A stretch of DNA of 64,000 nucleotides, taken from positions 4,048,161 through 4,112,160 of the forward strand of contig CM119263.1 of NCBI GenBank assembly GCA_051294375.1. The letters are read 5' to 3'. Numbering within the stretch: the first letter of the stretch is position 1; each line of letters opens with the position of its first letter. Position numbers and translations under genes: made by a program. Source of the stretch: Paraspadella gotoi (lineage: Eukaryota; Animalia; Chaetognatha). Shown piece by piece: positions 60,205 through 64,000 of this stretch. Below the pieces are notes generated by a model, which saw nothing but the letters and a program-made list of their open reading frames with translations, was not told the DNA's origin and did not search any database.

Positions 60205-61074
60205 GGACGTTGATAGAATATTTTATTGGATCCTTTTTTAACCGAAAAAGAGAAAAGAGGAAAAGAGAGACCGAGAGAGAGAAAAAGAGACAGAGAGAGA
60301 ATGAGACAGAGAGAGAATGAGACAGAGAGACCGAAAAGGAGAAACAGAAAAGGAAGTCAAAGGAAAAATATAAATAAAAAAAAAGTTGGTTCTAGTTTTT
60401 TTCTTTCTTTTTCTTTTTCTTTCTTTTTTTCTTTCACCTTTATCTACTTTTTTTCACTTTTCACTCAAAGGTGAAAGCAGTTTACAAGAATAGTAAATAC
60501 TCGAAAGCTGTGTTTGTTTCTAACAAAATAAGATGTGTTTATAAACCTAAATTATTGTTCCATGACTTTATCGAAATATTGAAGCTAAGACGGTAACAAA
60601 TAAAATAAAATGTTTTTAAAATTTTTTTTACTCAAAAAGTTATTAAAAAAAAACATCGGAGAAAAAAACTGTTTATTAACTTTGACGCATGAAAATTTTG
60701 TGAAAAAAAAAATTAGGGACGGAGGAAGTAATTTGGATCCATGGAATGGTGAGTCGCTCAAGAGGCTGAGAGAAGATTAAGAAATATTTTAGGGAAATAA
60801 AATTGAGAAGAAAAAGAAAAAGAAAAAAAGAAAAGAATTTGAATGATTATGAGAGAAAAAAAACGAAATGACGGCGGGAATGAAATGGTTGGGCAAAAGG
60901 TGGGAGACGATGATCACGGATGATGAAGATGGCGGAGGAGATAAGAAGCAGATGGGGAGCAGATGGGGAGCAGATGGGAGAGAGTGAGGAGGCAAAGATT
61001 CGAGATTAAAGTTTAAGTGGATTCGACGTTGGATAAAGAAAAAAAATTTTGGAACACAAATATGTAAAAAAAAA

Positions 61075-61748
61075 GAAAAGAAAAGAAAAGAAAAGAAAAG
61101 AAAAGAAAAGAAAAGAAAAGAAAAGAAAAGAAAAGAAAAGAAAAGAAAAGAAAAGAAAAGAAAAGAAAAGAAAAGAAAAGAAAAGAAAAGAAAGGGAAAG
61201 AAAAGAAAAAAGAGAAAAGAAAATAAAAAAAAGAAGAGAAAATAAAAGAAAAGAAAAGAAAAAGAAGAAAAAAAGAAAGGAAAAGAAAAGAAAAGAAAAG
61301 AAAAGAAAAGAAAAGAAAAGAAAAGAAAAGAAAAGAAAGAAAAAAAAAGAAAAGAAAAGAAAAGAATTGAAAAGAAAAGAAAAGAAAAGAAAAGAAAAGA
61401 AAAAAAAGAGAAAAGAAAAGAAAAGAAAAAAAGAAGAGAAAAGAAAAGAAAAGAAAAGAAAAGAAAAAGGAGAAAAAAAGAAAGTAAAAGAAAAGAAAAG
61501 AAAAGAAAAGAAAAGAAAAAAAGAGAAAAGAAAAGAAAAGAAAAAAAAGAAGAGAAAAGAAAAGAAAAGAAAAGAAAAAGAAGAAAAAAAAGGAAAAGAA
61601 AAGAAAAGAAAAGAAAAGAAAAGAAAAGAAAAGAAAAGAGAAGAAAAAAGAAAAGAAAAGAAAAGAAAAGAAAAGAAAAGAAAAGAGAAGAAAAAAAAGA
61701 AAAGAGAAGAAAAAAGAAAAGAAAAGAAAAGAAAAGAAAAGAAAAGAA
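61075..61748. repeat. (AAAAG)n pentanucleotide array
   Basis: Direct reading. Confidence 0.97.
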
Positions 61749-62429
61749 AGGATTTACCATCCAATTCATCGATAAAACGATTTTTATCGGAAGTTTTGAT
61801 TCTCTAACGACAAAACCATTCGTCTTCATTTTCGACGATATTCTTATCTTATATATTATATATATTCTTAAAAAGAAACCATAAAATGATATAAAACAAA
61901 CAAACAAAATAACGAACAAAATTAATCTCCAGAACTTTGTTTCCTTCTCACCTTATTGTCTTTTTTTTATGCCGGAAAAAAAGTGTTTTTAATGATTTAT
62001 TCGTCCCAAAATTTTAATTTTTATTTTTTTTGCCAATTTATTTTTTATCTTTTTTTTTTCAAAGTTTTAACCGAAGAAAAAACTTTTTAAAAATTGATTG
62101 TTGCTGTTGGATCGAGAAAAAAATATACTGAGATCGAAAGTCGAAAGTAGGAGATAGAAATTTTTCACATTTTTTTTTCTTTCGAAATTCGAATTTAAAA
62201 CGAGAGAGACGTCTCGGTCCAAGTGAAAGAGGGAGAGAAAAAAAAAGAGATGGGGCGAAACGCCTCCGAGCGAGAAAGAGAGAGAGTCAATCCTTCGAGA
62301 AGTGAGAGAGCGAGACAGAGAAGGAGACACGGAGTCACGAAGTGATTTTTTTTTCTCTCGCTCTCAGTTCAGTTTCCGGTGCGTTAGCGTCGTCGTCGTT
62401 GGCGTCTCTCAATAACGGCGTCGTCAAGT

Positions 62430-62600
62430 TTCCCTCTTTTATAAACTCGGCGCCTTTTTTCGACTTTCGGCGCGGTATGACGCCGACGACGACGCCGACG
62501 ACGACGACGATGACGATGACCTAAAATGGTCGACTTCCGCCTAGATACCGATGTTTCGACCAATGAGCCGCAAGAATCGTCGGCGACGTCAACCAATCAG
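62430..62600 (-). promoter_or_regulatory. Putative minus-strand Pol II promoter: two CCAAT boxes, ETS and CRE-like sites, TATA
   Basis: CCAAT at 62560 and 62593, ACTTCCG at ~62533, GACGTCA at 62585, and TATAAAAG on the minus strand at 62436-62443. Confidence 0.45.
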
Positions 62601-62647
62601 AAGTCGAGAAAAAGGACGCGTTGGACGCGCGGGGCCGTGGGACCCGG

Positions 62648-62684
<37 letters not shown>

Positions 62685-62797
62685 TCGACGACAACAACGA
62701 CGACGACGACCGATTAACACGAAAAAGAATTACAACGACAAAGAGGAAGAAAGGAACAGCGAAGAACCAAAACACGAACAACATTGGGGAAAGAGAC

Positions 62798-62833
<36 letters not shown>

Positions 62834-62979
62834 TGATGAACAAAGGAAAACTTAATCTTTGTTCTTCTTTGTTGAGGATGAAAGAAAAGTAAGTCAAGTT
62901 TCGTTGTCATTGTTGTCATCATTTTTTGTGCAACAATAGTAAACTCAGCTGAGTCAGGTGAGTCCATTCGTCTCCTTAT

Positions 62980-63370
62980 TCCTTTCATTCCTTTATTCCC
63001 CCATTCTTTCTTTCCTTTATTCCCTTATTCCTTCATTCCTTCATTCTCTCCTTTCTTCATCTCTTCATTCCTTCATTCCTTCATTCCCTCATTCCTTCAA
63101 TCCTTTATTACTTCATTCCTTTATTCTCTTCTTCCTTCATTCCTTTATTTCTTTATTCCCTCATTTCTTCATCTCTTCATTCCTTTATTCCTTCATTCCC
63201 TCATTCCTTCATTTTTTTCATTCTCTCATCCCCCATTCCTTCATTCCTTTATTTCTTCATTCCTTCATTCTCTTTTTCCTTCATTCCTTCATTCCATTAT
63301 TCCTTCATTCCTACATTCCTTCATTCCTTCATTCCTTCATTCCTTTATTCCTTCAATCCTTCATTCCTCT
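62980..63370. repeat. Degenerate (TTCATTCC)n repeat
   Basis: Direct reading. Confidence 0.9.
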
Positions 63371-64000
63371 ATTTTCGGTTCCAATTTTAATTCCATTTCT
63401 TTCATTTCTATTTTTCTCACACCACCTGTTTTTTCCTCTCTAACTCCCTTCTTAACCTTTCTCATTCTCTCCTTTCTTTCTTCTTCCTCCCATCTCTCCT
63501 CTCTTCTCTCTCTTTCTCTTTCTTTTTCTTTCCCCTCATTTCTTTATCTCTCAATCCTTTCCTTTTTTCATTCCTCCCTCTGCCCCTCTTTCCTCCCTTT
63601 CCTCCCTCCCTTCCCCCCTTTCTCCCTCTTCCCCTCTTTCCTCCCTTTCTCCCTCTCCCCCTTTCCTCCCTTTCCTTCCCCCCGCCTCTCCTCCACCCTC
63701 CATAATAATGCCACTGTTGGCGACGAGGATCACGGAATTGGGTTTCGCCGTTTTTCCTCCTTTTTTTCCTCCTTTTCTTTCCCTTTTTTTCCTTTTTTTT
63801 TCTCCATTTTTTTTAAAAACTAAAGTGAATCTTCTTCTTCTTCTAAAAAGAATCGAATGAAAAATATTCGGGTTTTGGTGACGTCAGCGCCAACCCTCCC
63901 TCCCTCTGCCCCTCTCTCCCTCCACTCTCCCCCCTTTTCCTCCCCCCTTCTCCCCCACTCCTTCTCCCCACCCAACCCTCGTCGAGGAAGCACCTGAGGC

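Overview
Eukaryotic, most likely invertebrate animal, genomic DNA from a draft assembly. It is very rich in microsatellites ((GA)n, (GAC)n, (TATC)n, (AAAAG)n) and has many N gaps; eight of them are exactly 25 N, and most of those sit next to noisy duplicated sequence. Nearly all ORFs in the track are simple-repeat artefacts. One well-supported gene can be built by hand: an 8-exon plus-strand class B (adhesion/secretin-like) 7TM receptor at 42625-47065 (673 aa). It has a signal peptide, a somatomedin-B domain and a Cys-containing ectodomain, but no GAIN/GPS motif. Also supported: a frameshift-riddled Ty3/Gypsy pol (PR-RT-RH-INT, minus strand, ~22050-25810); a ~1 kb TIR-bounded element carrying a 19-bp minisatellite with E2F-type sites (26591-27633); a tRNA-headed, highly structured SINE-like element (~7510-7690); a compound 76/149-bp satellite (52519-55145); and several promoter-like motif clusters (E2F/Sp/CCAAT, RFX X-box, CCAAT-CCAAT-TATA). 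A minus-strand host gene that would enclose the GPCR is tentatively suggested. I found no clearly new biological system; the best leads are listed as findings.
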